A DNA stretch of 49,471 bases, the filler included, from Basidiobolus ranarum (Eukaryota), in the NCBI GenBank assembly GCA_040143965.1. It is 2 parts of 2 records of this genome, joined end to end, with 100 filler letters (N's around TTAATTAATTAA, not from the genome) between each part and the next. Parts side by side here need not be neighbours in the genome. Positions count along the whole stretch, not along the records: positions 24,854 to 49,471 come from JASJQH010007024.1; 1 more part is not named here. The stretch is one strand, 5' to 3'. Below the pieces are notes generated by a model. That model saw only the letters and a program-made list of their open reading frames with translations, was not told the origin of the DNA and did no database searches. Below, one piece after another: positions 25,594 to 43,003 of the stretch (positions are counted from its first letter, which is position 1; each line of letters begins with the position of its first letter). The position numbers and the translations under genes are program-made.

Positions 25594-27225
25594 ATGTCCA
25601 CTGCTTCATATGAAGACGAGCAGCTTCGTAAGTCTTTTTTAAGAAATAAATACGTATCGAAACAGACACGTTGTGTAGTCAGTTGTTTTCGAGCAGTAGT
25701 TAAGTTTTGAACTCGAAACCCTTTAGAATTTGCTACAACTACATTTGCATGGAAGAGTTTTCTGGCCGGCACATTTGGAGGTACATTCTTCAAGCTGTGA
25801 CTGTCTTTTTGTATTTACGTCTTAACCGATAATCATATAGGTTGTGCAGGTCTAATAGTTGGTCATCCCTTGGGTAAAGTCAGAGTTTCATATATAGTGT
25901 GATATAAGAAACAATTAACTTAGCCACTTTATGATATTCCACTCGAAATTTCTTTTGTGTAAATGGACTTACAGACACTGGTACGAGATTATTGACAATA
26001 CATAACGATATACTCTTTTTTACTAATGATTACCTTTGTATTAAAAATAGTCAAGGTTCGACTACAGTCGCAAACAAAAGCCCACCTTGTTTACAGAGGA
26101 ACTGCTCATTGTTTCACCTCTATTATCAAATATGAAGGGGTAAAGTAGCCGTTGTACTCCACTTTTCAACCAATTCACTTGGCTAACCTTGAATTTTCAT
26201 TTTATACAGGTGAAAGGGTTATTTAAAGGAATGGTATGTATTACACGTCCCCTTTTGGAGAGTCCTAGCGTTAATTATTTATTTTTTTCAACTTTTAAAT
26301 AGGCCTCACCGATGGTATGTTGTTGATAAAATGTAGAATAGCAAGAAGTATGAATTCCCAGTGATTAATGGGAATGGCAAACTAAATGGTATAATTGTTG
26401 AATTCTGTACATTAGGCTGGTGTAGCTCTAGTAAACGCTCTAGCTTTTGGTGTATACGAGTCGGTATTGAACTTTCAAATACAAGGATCCGAAACAGATG
26501 CAACCCTAAATCAGATGTTTGTAGCAGGTATTGCGACGGGAGTCGTAAATAGGTAAAGGAGCTAGGAAACTTGTACAGTTCTACACTTGATATTAATGAG
26601 ATATGACACTATATAGCTTTGTAAGCTGTCCCATGGAGTTGGCCAAAATTCGACTCCAAAACCAGGGGCCTGAAAACGCCAAGTTTGGAAATTATTACAA
26701 AGGCCCTCTAGACTGCTTCCTAAAAACCTATAAAGCAGGTGGTGTAGTTGCATGCTATCGTGGTTTATGGTCTACAATCCTACGTGAGCTCAGCTTTGGT
26801 CCGTATTTCGTTTCCTATGAAATATTTTGTCGGATGCTAACGCCAGCCGGCAAAACTGTTAACGAAATGAGTAGCCCTAGGCTGATTGTCGCTGGAGGAT
26901 TTGCCGGGATTTGTGCTTGGGTATCAACATATCCATTTGGTAATGTTAACGGCTACTTTGGATTATCTACATAAGTATTTATGGAAATTTGTTCAATTTA
27001 TCAGATGTGGTTAAAACAAAAATCCAAGCTGACTTGGCCGGAAATGATAAGCCTCGCTATCGTGGGGTGATGGATTGTATGGTTAAATGCTATCGGGAAG
27101 AGGGAATTTCAATTTTATTTCGTGGTTTGAACGCCACTATACTCCGCGCTTTCCCATTAAATGCGGCTACATTCTTCGTGTACGCACAGAGCATGAGAAT
27201 GTTGAATAGTGACCAAGAAGTTTAG
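25594..27225 (+). CDS. Mitochondrial carrier (SLC25A29/45-, YMC-like basic amino acid/carnitine-type), multi-exon with microexons
   Basis: Three carrier signature motifs: GHPLDTVKVRLQ, CPMELAKIRLQ, YPFDVVKTKIQ. Also LRAFPLNAATF. ATG at 25594 (MSTASYEDEQ). Confidence 0.9.
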
Positions 27226-27771
27226 AATCTGTTCAGATACTTATTTCAAGAAAATTCAACTTCTATCAAGAATTAACATTAGCTAGATATGCCCATTAAA
27301 TCCAAAGAGATGACATCTACATGGTCAGAGCCTTATTCGAGTTCAAGTACTCTTCACAACAGTTCTTATTTTGCTTTCTTACATGATATCCATTTTGTAC
27401 ATATTAAAGCTCTATACCAAATTAATGATAGCAATGAGACGTTTATATACTGTCACTTGCGGTACTGGGGTTACTTGAGCACTGACTTCGTTGTGATGAA
27501 AAGTTCTTTTTGAGCATTAGGTTTATTTTTACAAAATACATTTGGCATGATATTTTTCTTCTGCTAAATTTCTCTACACTTGTGTGGAAAATTGACAGAA
27601 GCCAATGAAAGTATACTAACTCTATCGAGAGTTAAGACTGTCGATATAAACACAGAACATTCTCGATGGGCAGTTAACAAGTAGTAGACACCAAGTATTT
27701 GTTCTGCAGAAGAAGCCACACAGCATGAATGTGAACTATATATGAAACCATGATTACAGTAACTAAACGAA

Positions 27772-30997
<3,226 letters not shown>

Positions 30998-31601
30998 AAT
31001 CACGACAACCGCTGTGTAGATGCTTTGGGTTGCTTTATGACAAAAAAACTATCGATAATAATAGTAATAAACGTATATGTAATTATTATTATGTGCAAAG
31101 TTGCTGGAGACTGCTTCACTTTTACTGTTACTAAAATCTCAACTATCTGTCAATTTTGACCGCAGTCCTCACATACACATCCACTTGTATATATGATCCC
31201 TTTGTTTATTTGTCTCATAAGCATCTTTTCTGCATGTGGAAATTGGAAGTGTATTGGTACGAATTTGCGATTGCTCCGTTCAAAATCAGAATGTATGTAT
31301 ATAGTGTAAATTAATCAAAATAATACTCTTTTAAAATCTTGATTTGAATTGTGAATGCATACTTGGGCAATGATCTATTTAGTTCGGAGTATAGATGATT
31401 AATCGATTTGTTCATTTTTTATTAAGATTGAAGAAATAACGAGGGAAATTGTGACAAGAATTTCAAATGAAAAAGAAAAAAAAATTAACTTTAGAATTTA
31501 GAAGAGAAAGAAAAAAATAATCAAAGTAACATAATAAACGGAGTTTAAGTAACATACTCTTTGACAGTCTGTAAGGTCGTGTAATAGAAAAAAACTAAGT
31601 A

Positions 31602-34600
31602 ATGGTCAAAGCATATCTTCGCTACGAACCACAGGCGGCCTTTGGTATCATTACCAGTTCTACCTCGAACGCTGTTTTTGATGCCGAAGGAAAATTAGCC
31701 ATTGCTCCCGCTTTGGAAGATGTTATCGTATGGGATCTCAAGAAGGGCGTCCAGGTATATTGAATTTTACTTTGTCCCTTTAGCTTTTGGAGTGTAGTAT
31801 CGAACTACTTGACCAAGATGTTTACATTTTCCTTTCCTTACGTATTCTTAGGCTGGTAGATGGCATGATACTGATAACAAATCTGAAGTATCCGCTATAG
31901 CTCGTAATCCTAACGGAATCGATTACGCTGTTGGGTATGAGTCTTAAACACGTCGGTCTTTTTTCATCAATCCACCAACTCACTAAATCACTTTCTCGGC
32001 CAATTTAGTTATTCTGACGGCTCAATTCGTATTTGGAACATTAAAACCGGAACTGCTTCCATCACCTTCAATGGTCACAAGGGAGAGGTTTCCGCTCTTG
32101 TATTCGATAAGTCTGGTACTAGACTTGCTTCAGGATCCAAAGATACCGATTTAATTATTTGGGATGTCGTCGGAGAAGTTGGTTTATACAGGTAAGCGAA
32201 AATTATATACAACTATGAATGCTTGACATTCTTGAGGAGTATAATGAACTCACCCACTGTAATTAATAGATTAAAAGGTCACAAAGACATGATCACCTCC
32301 TTGAAGTTTATGACTAGAAATGGTGCTCGCACTGAGGATTCTGTTAATACTGCCGGATATCTTCTCTCTTCATCAAAAGACACACTTGTTAAGTTATGGG
32401 ATTTAGCAACTCAACATTGTGTAGAGACCTTAGTCGCTCATCGCAGTGAAGTATGGTCCTTTGATCTTACTGCTGATCAAAAAACTTTAATCACTGGTGG
32501 TGGTGATAATGAATTACGTGTATGGAGAATAGATCAAGATATTCTCGATCAAGGTGTTATTGAGTCATCTGAAAATGAGGTAAATAGGATAAGAAGTTTC
32601 AATTGGCATTCATGGTCTTAATATTTATTCATATGTATAGATGAAGAAGGCTTTCTCTCTCTATGGTTCTGTTTATCGCCAAAGCAAAGAGCGTGTAGTT
32701 ACCATTCAAATTCACCCTTCTGGTGATCTTTTAGCTTGCCAAGTAAGACCTAATAATAATTAGTTGTGGTATACAGTATAGTAAACAAATTTTATTTTAG
32801 TGCGCTGACAAAACCACCGAAATCTTCCGAATCAGATCCCAAGAGGAGCTTCAAAAGAAACTTCACCGTAGAATGAAGCGTCAGAAGGAGAAGCAGAAGA
32901 AGGCTGGTAAAACTGATGTAGAAACCGCCGAACCTGAAATGTTAAAAGTTGAAGCTTCTGATGAAATCACTTCGTATCAAATGATTCGTACAGCCGCTAA
33001 ACTCCGTTCCATTGACTTTTCTCCACAATTTGACCTCGAAAAGAACAAGACTGTCCACATTCTTGGTTCATTGACAAACAATGTCCTGGAGATGTATTCA
33101 GTAACACTTCCATCCAAATCTAAAAGTGATACACCCGTGGAGCCATCAACTGTATATACCGTCGATCTCCAAGGGCATCGATCAGATGTCAGAACTCTTG
33201 CACTGAGTTCCGATGATGAGCTTTTGTGTTCTGCTTCCAGTAATATTCTCAAGATTTGGAACGTCAAGACTAATGCTTGCATTCGTTCAATTGAATGTGG
33301 TTATGCTCTTTCTGCCGCATTCCTCCCCGGTAATCGTCATGTAGTAATTGGTACCAAGACTGGTGAATTGGAGATCTTCGATATTAATGCATCTACTATG
33401 ATTGAATCAATTGCTGCTCACGAAGGTGCCGTCTGGTCTATTACTGTCCGTCCCGACAGAAAGGGACTTGCTACTGGTAGTGCTGATAAAGATGTCAAAT
33501 TCTGGGATTTCGATGTTGCTGAGGATGAGGTCGAGACTGGTGCTAGACGTCGACTTACCCTCGTTCACATGAGAACTCTTAAGATGTCTGATGATGTCCT
33601 TTGTGTTCGCTACAGTCCTAACCAAAACCTAATTGCAATCTCTTTACTTGATACTACAATCAAGGTTTTCTATCACGATACTTTGAAATTTTTCCTTTCC
33701 CTCTATGGTCACAAGTTGCCTGTACTCTCTATGGACATCTCATCTGACAACAATCTGTTAGTTTCTTGCTCTGCTGACAAGAATGTTAAATTGTGGGGTT
33801 TGGACTTCGGTGATTGTCATAAATCTATCTTTGCTCATCAAGATAGTATCATGAACGTACAATTCGTCTGGGGAACACATTACTTCTTCACCGCTGGTAA
33901 AGACAAGCTAGTCAAGTATTGGGATGGTGATAGATTCGAAAATATCATGAAGCTAGAAGGCCATCATAGTGAGGTATGGGCTATTGCTATTGCCAAACAT
34001 GGAAACTTCGTTGTTTCTAGTTCCCATGATCGGTCTATTCGTATCTGGGAAAAGACCGAGGAGCAGTTGTTCTTAGAGGAAGAGCGTGAGAAAGAGCTCG
34101 AGGAATTATACGATTCTACACTTACTAACTCAATGGAAAAGGCCACTATCGAGGATGGGGAAGATACTGAGGAGATGGCTTCTGCTGGTAAGCAAACTAT
34201 GGAGACATTAAAAGCTGGTGAAAGAATCATGGAAGCTATTGATATCGCTGATGAGGAAAAGATCCAGTGGAAAGTGTATGAAGAGGTAAGTAATCAGTTA
34301 ACTCACTAACTTGAAGAGTGACATCTAAACGTTGAATATTTTCAGTCCATGGCCAAGGGTGAAAGAATTCCTCCTCCTCCCGCCAATCCCCATTTGGTTG
34401 CTATGGGCAACTTGACTCCAGATCAGTATGTTCTACGTACAGTTGAGAGAGTTCGTTCCAGTGATCTCGATGAGGCATTATTGGTGCTTCCATTCAAGAA
34501 GGTTATTTCATTACTCTCCTACTTGGACTCATGGTCACAGAAGGTATGTCGGATATATATTGAAAGATCACTGCTTCACTTTACTCATTTTTCTTTTAGA

Positions 34601-34890
34601 ATTGGAATCTTCCTTTGACCTGCCGAATTCTATTCTTTTTGCTCAAGGTCCATCATCATCAAATCGTCTCCAATCGTATTATGAGACCAATGCTGGATTC
34701 TCTTCGTAAGCATTTGAGATCTGGACTTCAAAAGCAGAAGGATAACATCGGATATAACACCGCTGCCTTGAAATATATCCGTCGTGATTGGGAAGCTAAT
34801 AATACTGCCGACTTCTTCGATGAGGAAAAGATTGAGGAAGCCAAGGGCGAGGTGAAAAAGAGAAAGTTTGTTGGGCTGAGTGCCGCTTAA
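31602..34890 (+). CDS. UTP12: U3 snoRNP/SSU processome WD40 protein Utp12/Dip2 (WDR3)
   Basis: MVKAYLRY start, many WD40 repeats, [29 protein letters not shown], and a Utp12 C-terminal domain ([11 protein letters not shown]). Confidence 0.95.
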
Positions 34891-35612
34891 ATCCTACCAT
34901 CTTCCCGAATCTACACCCTAAAGCTCTTCACTTACATCTTCAAATCCCGTCATTTGTCAAATATCACAGTTTTTTTATAGAGAAACCTTTTGGAAAACGT
35001 CATGGTCACCACAAATATAGAAAAAACTAAAAGTGTCACCTTGAACTAATCTGAACATTCTTTGACTTGCTTTTCCATCCATATATTTGCTACATTTAAC
35101 TGGCCACTAATCTTCCCTTGATGTTGAGCCACTCTCTCCTCTCTTTTAACATAAAGTTGGCTTGGCCATCGTATGCGAAAAATATTCTTGAATAAACTGA
35201 TATGTAATACAACTCTGCTATTGGAGATCTTGGTCATTGGAATCAGCAAGTAAATCCGATCGAGACATAATTCATCAATTACTGTTGTTTCAATGAGAAT
35301 AACAAGATCGCATTCCTCGTGATATATGTTACGCAGTTGAGAATTAGTATCATATATGGCCAAGTTTCTCAGAAAAACCCGTCACATTTAATAGTGTTGC
35401 CTATAGATCGCTTTCTTGATTGATGCCTCAGGAGAGAAAAATCCAGACTTTGATTTGCAGAGAAATATCCCATTACTCTCAATCCAGACGATTGCAGTAA
35501 TCAAAAATCTAGTTTAGTGGCAAGTCTTCAAGCATTGGCTAACTAGAGAGTATTGGTGTTTTATAACTGAAAGTACTGTATCTACCCCTCACTTGTGATA
35601 TCAAGAGAAAAT

Positions 35613-36977
35613 ATGACGTTTGAATCGGACACTTTGCTTGACAGTGACGAATTGTCAGAGTTCAGAAAGCAATGGAAAGATGAGGTAGAGGCTGGTAAAC
35701 GAATGCAAGTGGCGCCCTCGTTACCGAAGGACTCTGCTTCCAAGTCCAAAGAAGTTCAAAATAAAGCTGAACTGGAAGTTGACTTGGAGATATCAGCTGA
35801 AAAGGAAATGGGCATCGGTGCCTCCCAATCACAGGCTCTTCAAACTAAACCTTTGGATTGCCTTGAATATTATATTAGAGCCGTATCATATGAAAAACAG
35901 GGAAATCTCAATGCAGCTTTATTAAATTATCGGCTAGCCTTTAAGTTAAATCCATATGCAGATGATCTCTACAAACAGTACTGTCAGGAACAGAATTCTA
36001 TGGAGGTTCAGAAATCCAAATCCGACAACAAGGAGGAGTTCCAATTTGAACGTCATATTCAAATAGGCGAAGATTACGAAGCAATACACGCCGAACATCC
36101 TGATGCAAAAGAATTCGAAGACCCTTTGAAAGATCTGTTGCAAGACATGAAGCAGATGAACTTATCTTACAGTCCTCTAGATCCTGATAAAGCGGTGCAT
36201 ATAGCCATTCTCCCTGATGAACTAGTATTGTTCTTGTTCAAAAATTTATTGCTTCAAGATATTCAGTCTATAGGAAGATTGGGTAGATCCTGTAAAAAAT
36301 TCTTGATGCTCACTAGAGATAGTGCTATTTGGAAATTTGGTTGTCAAGTATTCTTCAAGGACCCACTGGACAAAGAAATGTACATGCTAAAGAGATACCA
36401 TCAGAGTTGGAGGCAAATGTACATTGATCGGCCCAGGCTTCGTTTGGATGGTGTTTATATATCTACCTGTTATTACTTAAGGTATTTACATATATATATA
36501 TATGCAAAGATATAGCCCGCAAGTCTAATATTTGTCAATTTTACTTACAGACAAGGAAGTGCTGAAAATGTCTGGAGCCAGCCAGTCCATATGATCACAT
36601 ATTATCGGTATTTGCGCTTCTACAACGATGGAACATGCATCAAGCTTCTAAGTAGTGATGAGCCTAGTCGAGTGGTCAAGCACTTCAGGACTGGCTTCAA
36701 AGCCAAGGGATTTATGACTGGCACTTATAAATGTTCCGAAGATCATGTCACTATCGAGGTGAAAGATAGCCATAGAATAACCAATACTTTCTTTCTTTCA
36801 CTCACTCTAAAGAGTACTACTCGTGGCAAGCAAAACAAATTGAGTTGGATCGAATACTGCTCTGAGGATTCAGCTAGAAATCACGAGATAACGCAGTACT
36901 CACTTCAGCATTACAGAAGCTTTTTTTTCTCTCGTGTAAGATCTTACAAAGCAGTTAAAAACATTTCGGTATATTAG
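35613..36977 (+). CDS. HRT3: F-box protein Hrt3/FBXO9 family, 2 exons
   Basis: ELSEFRKQWKDEV, TPR-like helix (AVSYEKQGNLNAALLNYRLAFKL), F-box (LPDELV), RPRLRLDGVYISTCYYLR, YYRYLRFYNDG. Confidence 0.88.
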
Positions 36978-37820
36978 GGCCAAGTATTAGGTATGCTTTC
37001 ATCGGATTCTGGTGAGTAATGGTAAAGTAGTGAGACTGGCCAATATGGTGAATTTCCATTTTGTTCGTTTGATTGATAATAAGTGACCTAAGAAAACGGA
37101 CTTTATTTATTGAAGTAATGTAAACAAATTCAATGCTATATAAAATATCTTTCTGAACAGTAGGGAAGAACTCTCGAGCCTGGATTGATGTTTAACTTGA
37201 ATATTGATCTTCGTGATATCCAACTAATGCAAGCCTCAAACTTGAAGTCTCGTGTCTTTGACGCCAACGGCTTATTTAAGAAGAAATAGTTATCACATAT
37301 TTAAACACGATGACCTCATAGGTTATCTTTCGTATAGAGTGTGTGACGTTCACCAAGTTTGCTCGACTCGACTCCATCAGCAGAATGAACTATAATCATA
37401 ATAGCTACACGATCACATTCTTATCATAACCTTTATAGCTAATGAATAGATTAACATCGCAGTTAACTCACTTAGAGCTGTTTCTACATTCCTCTACGGC
37501 AATTTTACGCACCATCATTCGAATAGCAGCTCTATAGGATTCACCTTATCGTCAATCTGGAGTTTCAGATTAAGCAAAGTTCCTCAAACACCTACCCAGT
37601 TGCTCATATTTCCCAATTGACGATAAAAACGGCAGACTTTATTTGTTTACATTAGAATATTAGATATTAGGTGAGATTACTGAAAGCTTTCTCCACCAGG
37701 GAGAAGAGGGGATTAGAACAAATATGGATAAAAAGTAACCAAGAAAACAATGGTTTATGCTTTGGATATCTAAAGCAGGTGTAGTGGAATAAAAGAAAAA
37801 ATACATACGAGAGAATTCAA

Positions 37821-38885
37821 CTAGCAATTAACATATTTTTCCTTGAAAATCCATGAGTTCCCAAATACACTGATTCCTTGAGCATGGGCTAATTTATAGT
37901 ATTTTGCCGCCTTATATCTATCTTTCTTAATGCCAATACCATGAGCATAGCAAAATGCGAGCTCAGCTTGGGCATCAGGATCTCCTAGAGTCGCAGCAAT
38001 TTCGAAGTAGTACGCAGCAGTGACTTTATTTTTAGGTACGCCCCAACCGTGACGAAAACAAATCCCTAGTTCATAAATTGCTAAAACCAACTCACCTTGG
38101 GCAATAACTGGATTCTCTGGTGTCATGTTACTGAGATCAAAAACTGCAGACTCAGCTGCTTTTTGTAAAAATTGGAAGGCCACCACTTGGTTTGAGTGAC
38201 AACCCTATCACACAGTAAAATTAGCTTGGTTGAAATTTTCTCTATCAACGAATTTGAAAACTCAACGTACCCAGCCGTGTCGCAACGAAATTCCATATAA
38301 GAACATTCCAAGTGGTGAACTTTTTTCTGCAGCAATACGAAAAAGCTCCGTAGCTTTTTCTAGTTCACCTTTTTCATGATGCTCTATTGCTCTTCGTATG
38401 TAATCTTCGACAAATTCTGATGAATTGGGATGACGCCTTCCAGATTGCGCTAACTGTGAGAATTGGTAAGGTGAAACAGTCGACGTAGCGGATAACCCAG
38501 AGGATGGTTGAGGAATTAGAGGAGAGGGTAAAGGATAGTTGGGGCTATTTAAGGGAGAGGGCAGTGGAGAGGGTACAGGTTGGAGAGAAACTTCGTTTGG
38601 TGAAGAGGGTGCGGACCGAGATAGGGTTGTCATCCCAGGTGGGCACAAATATGAGGCATTTGTTTTAATAGCCAAAGGCTTCTGAGAGCTGTAAAGAAGT
38701 GTATCAGGATTTGAATCTGGATGGGTGGTTCCTGAAGTAGTTATTTCAGGTACGTGTCGAAGAAGCTCCGCTTGGGAACGAGAAATATCTAGCGAGTGAT
38801 TACCATAGGGGTGTCTGTTATATATTTCAACAGATTCAGTACTTTTGCTTCTGGCAGTAAAGAAGGCTTTGCGAAGTCTATTCAT
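37821..38885 (-). CDS. SEL1-repeat protein of the Dsf2/Nif1 (mitosis inhibitor) family, 2 exons
   Basis: GMFLYGISLRHGW|GC, LAIYELGICFRHGWGV, GDPDAQAELAFCYAHGIG, GNSWIFK. The N-terminus is S/P-rich. Confidence 0.8.
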
Positions 38886-39617
38886 GTCTATATTCAGGTA
38901 AAATCAGTACTTGGGCTTTTCTTCTCTTCAGGAAAGTAGAGGAGTGGTGTTTATATAGGGATGTACAGGATTAATGAATCTTGTGGCAATAAGAACCCAA
39001 TAGTAGACAATACATGTGTAACTATTGTTCAATTCAAGTAATATTAATTGAGGCTGGCATGAATGTATTCAATGTTACCTGAGTGTTGCTTCTGACTTCT
39101 GAGAAGAAAATAGTCTTAAAAGCAGGGCTCTATTTGAATTGGTTTGCTCGTGCCAGGATCAGATTATTTTAACTAGCATGTAATTACCTTTCGTTACAAT
39201 ACAACATGCATGTAAGAAAAGGAAACTGGATCCACGATCATCCTTCTGAATATTAAAAAAGAGATCTGAGGACAGGAGATTACATAGCGATCTGTAGAGA
39301 AAGTTTCTCCTGATTACGGGTCTCAAGGATAGCCTCCTGAGTCGATGCATGGAGATAGACACTATATACGACAGCAATGTTGGGCAGGCAATGTCAAAGA
39401 ATCTACGACTTCGCCAACGATACAAGAAATGTTGGTATATATCGAGTGTGACTGGTTTAGGATCATGGCCACGTTTACTAGTAATCAACAAATAATAAAT
39501 TGATTGGTGATTAAGCCAGTAATGACTATTCAATATGTTGGATCAGACAGAAGTAGAAGACCAACCTTCAGAATATTTTGATTGTTACTTTTTCTCGATC
39601 AGTTGCGACAATTTCAA

Positions 39618-42600
39618 ATGCTGCCAACCAAAGTATGTATACTCTGAAGAAAAGCCCTAGATTAGCTAGCCCGACAGTGATCGAAAACTCTGACTTTGTA
39701 TCTTTGTATTTCGTAGAGAAAGGCTACAGCAAAGAAGGAAACTGATCTAAATTATAGGTGACTATTCTATACCTCTTGTACAATACTTTAATTTCACTAC
39801 CTTGTTGTATGAGCTAGAGTAAAAGATATTCGGTGATTATGGTTAAGTGCAAATAATAAAGATTTTTTCTGAATCAGTTGTAGCCAACCCGTATCCCGAG
39901 TCAGCAACGTGGTAGATTTAACAGAAGGCACCTATGACGACTTTGATCTTGTATATTCTTCTCGAAAACAAAATATTTCTTCAAGACCAAAGCGTAAAGC
40001 TGCTTATAAACCCATTAGTAAAGTAAGTTAACGTCCATCATCGTATTTTGAGTTCAGAATCGAGTCGATTTATATCACATTACTCCATATCCAGCCAAAA
40101 TGGAAAATCCCTACTCCTGGCAAGCAGGTCAGACACTCCGCAAAGATCGAAAGCAAGTATAATTGTTGAATCAACGTGTCCACTTATCTAGCAAAAGCTA
40201 ATTTAGTTTTACGTAGTACATTCTTCTATCCCATTATGGGAAAAATACCAGCCAAAAAATGAGGTTAGTATGCATACATGGTTGAGCCATCTCTAGCAAT
40301 TTGCTTAATATTTCAATAGGAAGAGATCGCCGTAAGTAAGAAAAAGTTGTCCCAAGTGAGAAGTTGGGTTGATAGTGCCTTAGATCCTGGAACCACACAT
40401 TCGGTATGTCTAATTTATAGTAGAAATTCGGCACTTCCTTCGAAAGGCAAAACCCTAATGCATCTTGAAGAATCGCATGTTGGTACTAACCGGCCCACCT
40501 GGAACTGGCAAGACTGCAGTCGTGAAATTATTGTCTGAAGAGATCAATTTTGAAATCATTGAATGGATAAATCCAATATGGACTAGTCGTGGAAGCTTTG
40601 ACCCTGAGGGTAATTCAAACTAACAGCCTCATTGTACCGTCAGAATTTCTTACAAGTGTCTTATTTCTCGTAGAGCCTAGTAGGGCAATTGACACATTCG
40701 AAGAATTCCTAATCAGATCGAACAAATATCCGACACTATCACTTCAGGAAGAGACTTCCACCCCTCATTGTGACGACTCTCGAAAAAAGATTGTTGTCAT
40801 CGAGGATATTCCACTTCTATCATCCGCAACAAACAAACAGCACTTCCACCGTGCACTGGAGAAGTATATACTTTCCCCTCGGTATCATTATCCTTTAATT
40901 TTGATTATCAGCGACACATTTGTACGGAACGACACTGATAGTTACAATGGACGATTCAATCAAGATTTCACTAGTGTGTGTACCATAATTCCGCCTTCTA
41001 TATTGAAATCACCATTTGTACAGCGTATAAGGTATCTACTTGCACCTCCCTTATTTGGCTTTTGTGCGCTCTAATAGATATTGTATGTGACTTTAGCTTC
41101 AATCTTATAGCACCTACATTCCTGAAAAAAGCCCTTAAGCGAATATTAGATCTGGAGTACTCGCAAAGCTCTCATCAATTAGACACAAACGAGGTGGATG
41201 CCATTGTGGCTCAGAGCAACGGAGACATTAGAAATGCTCTGAACGGATTACAATTCATTTGTCTCGGAGACCAAATGCCAAGATCCATAGGTATAACGAT
41301 AAAGGATTCTAAAGGCAAAACGAAATTTGACAAAACGAAAGACCCCAACAGGTTGGAGAAAGAGATGTTATTTACTTGTTAGCAATTTGAAGCCAGCAGT
41401 CTTACTCTTTATTTAAGCGTGCCGCTGTTTTCAAAAGAATCCAACCTCAATTTATTTCATGCTGTTGGCAAAGTTTTATACAACAAACGTAGGTTCTATC
41501 TGACTGGGTACGCTCCCTTTGTTTAGCCGAACTAACTCTTATTTTCCAGGTATCGATCGTACTGCAGGCTCAGGATCGAATAAAAAGAGCATAGCCCGTG
41601 AATGGGAGCTACCTAGTCATTTGAAACATCACTCTCGATGCAACTTAGAATCCAACCCCGATGTAAGCTACTATTAAGACGAGGTTCCCACAATGACTTT
41701 GGTACTAACATAACACTCAGATTGTTCTAGATCAAGTTCCGGTTGATCCCGATGTCTTTACATCATTCCTACATCAAAATTACCTGGGCTTTTATAACGA
41801 TATAGATGAATGCGTGAATGCCTCGGAATACATGAGTTCGTCTGATTATCTGATGGGAGGTTCAAACTGGGGGGTACAGTGATCATTAAATTGCCTTCTC
41901 AAGCCTTGTACATTGAACGAGCGATATTTCCCTTACATTTACAGAGTAGTCCAACGCTCAGCAAGTATGCGGCAGTTATAACTACGCGGGGACTAATGTT
42001 TTCTTCCACCGCTGCTCCCCGATATAAGCCCCTCTATAAACCAGAGATATGGTCTGTTAATCGGTGCACTCGAGAATTCCAGGAGAATCTATCGGAACTA
42101 CAGACAGCACTGCAGCAATCAAGAAATACTGCCAGTAAAATCCAATTTACTAGAGAATATCTATGTTGATAATTTGAGGCTAATTAACCTTGTTGTGTAA
42201 TTTTGCAAATACATATAGACACGAACAATGAAGCAGCTATCAAGTTGGAAATCGGGCCTTATTTGTCTCAGATACTCCAGAAGTGTTCTTCAACGCACCC
42301 AATCATTAACATATTCAGCAGAGGTAACAATCAATCAACATGCGATATATTCTTGGCATTTTATTTGTTGCGTGATACTCACTCTCATGTATTCTAGGAT
42401 CATTAGGATTTCTATATCAAATGTCAATATTTACAAAATCATCCCAATCTACATACACGGAGGGCTCACGTTTGGAAGATGATCCTTTTAGTATGGATGT
42501 CATAGAGGAGTTAAAAGAGAAATTCATCAAAGAAAGCACGCGAGTCGCACCACTTGGACCACCACCCGCACCAAAGATCAAAGGGTTAAATGTTGGTAAA

Positions 42601-42645
42601 GAATATGGTCCCTTAGCTGACGATGATATCGAAGAATTCGACTAA
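39618..42645 (+). CDS. RAD17: Checkpoint clamp loader Rad17 (yeast Rad24), multi-exon; 5' exons provisional
   Basis: LWEKYQP, EEIAVSKKKL, Walker A GPPGTGKT, IEWINP, IEDIP, GDIRNALNGLQF, LFHAVGKVLYNKR, acidic tail DDDIEEFD. Confidence 0.9.
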
Positions 42646-43003
42646 TTATAATTAAACGACAATGCATATGAACACTCTAAAGTCACATTCAATTAATATT
42701 TCTTTTTACAAGTGTACATAATAGTACGACATAAGCGAATTTCCTCAAATCTTTAGTTTGAAAATGCGTTCACAACCCTCCCATTTTAGCGCAAAATGTG
42801 ACACTCACTTCTCATACAACGCGTAGAACGAATTTAAATCTCCTTATGGTACTAGGTGTGAAAATGAGGTTATAAATGAAATTTGAGGATGTTTTAATTT
42901 ATTTTCTGGTAACCAGTACATCTGTGTTTTCACCATAAAATTAACTGTTTCAAATGATGGGTAGTACACACGACAAGGAATAATAGTTATAAAGAATAAG
43001 AAG

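Noticed and set aside
35046-35363. 105-aa minus-strand ORF between UTP12 and HRT3
   Set aside because: Non-ATG start and no recognisable domain.
39159-39533. 124-aa minus-strand ORF
   Set aside because: Non-ATG start in the divergent intergenic region, with no homology recognisable by eye.
41032-41096. RAD17 intron starting GTATCT as possible U12-type
   Set aside because: It lacks the CCTT of the U12 donor and has a U2-type CTAAT branch rather than CCTTAAC.
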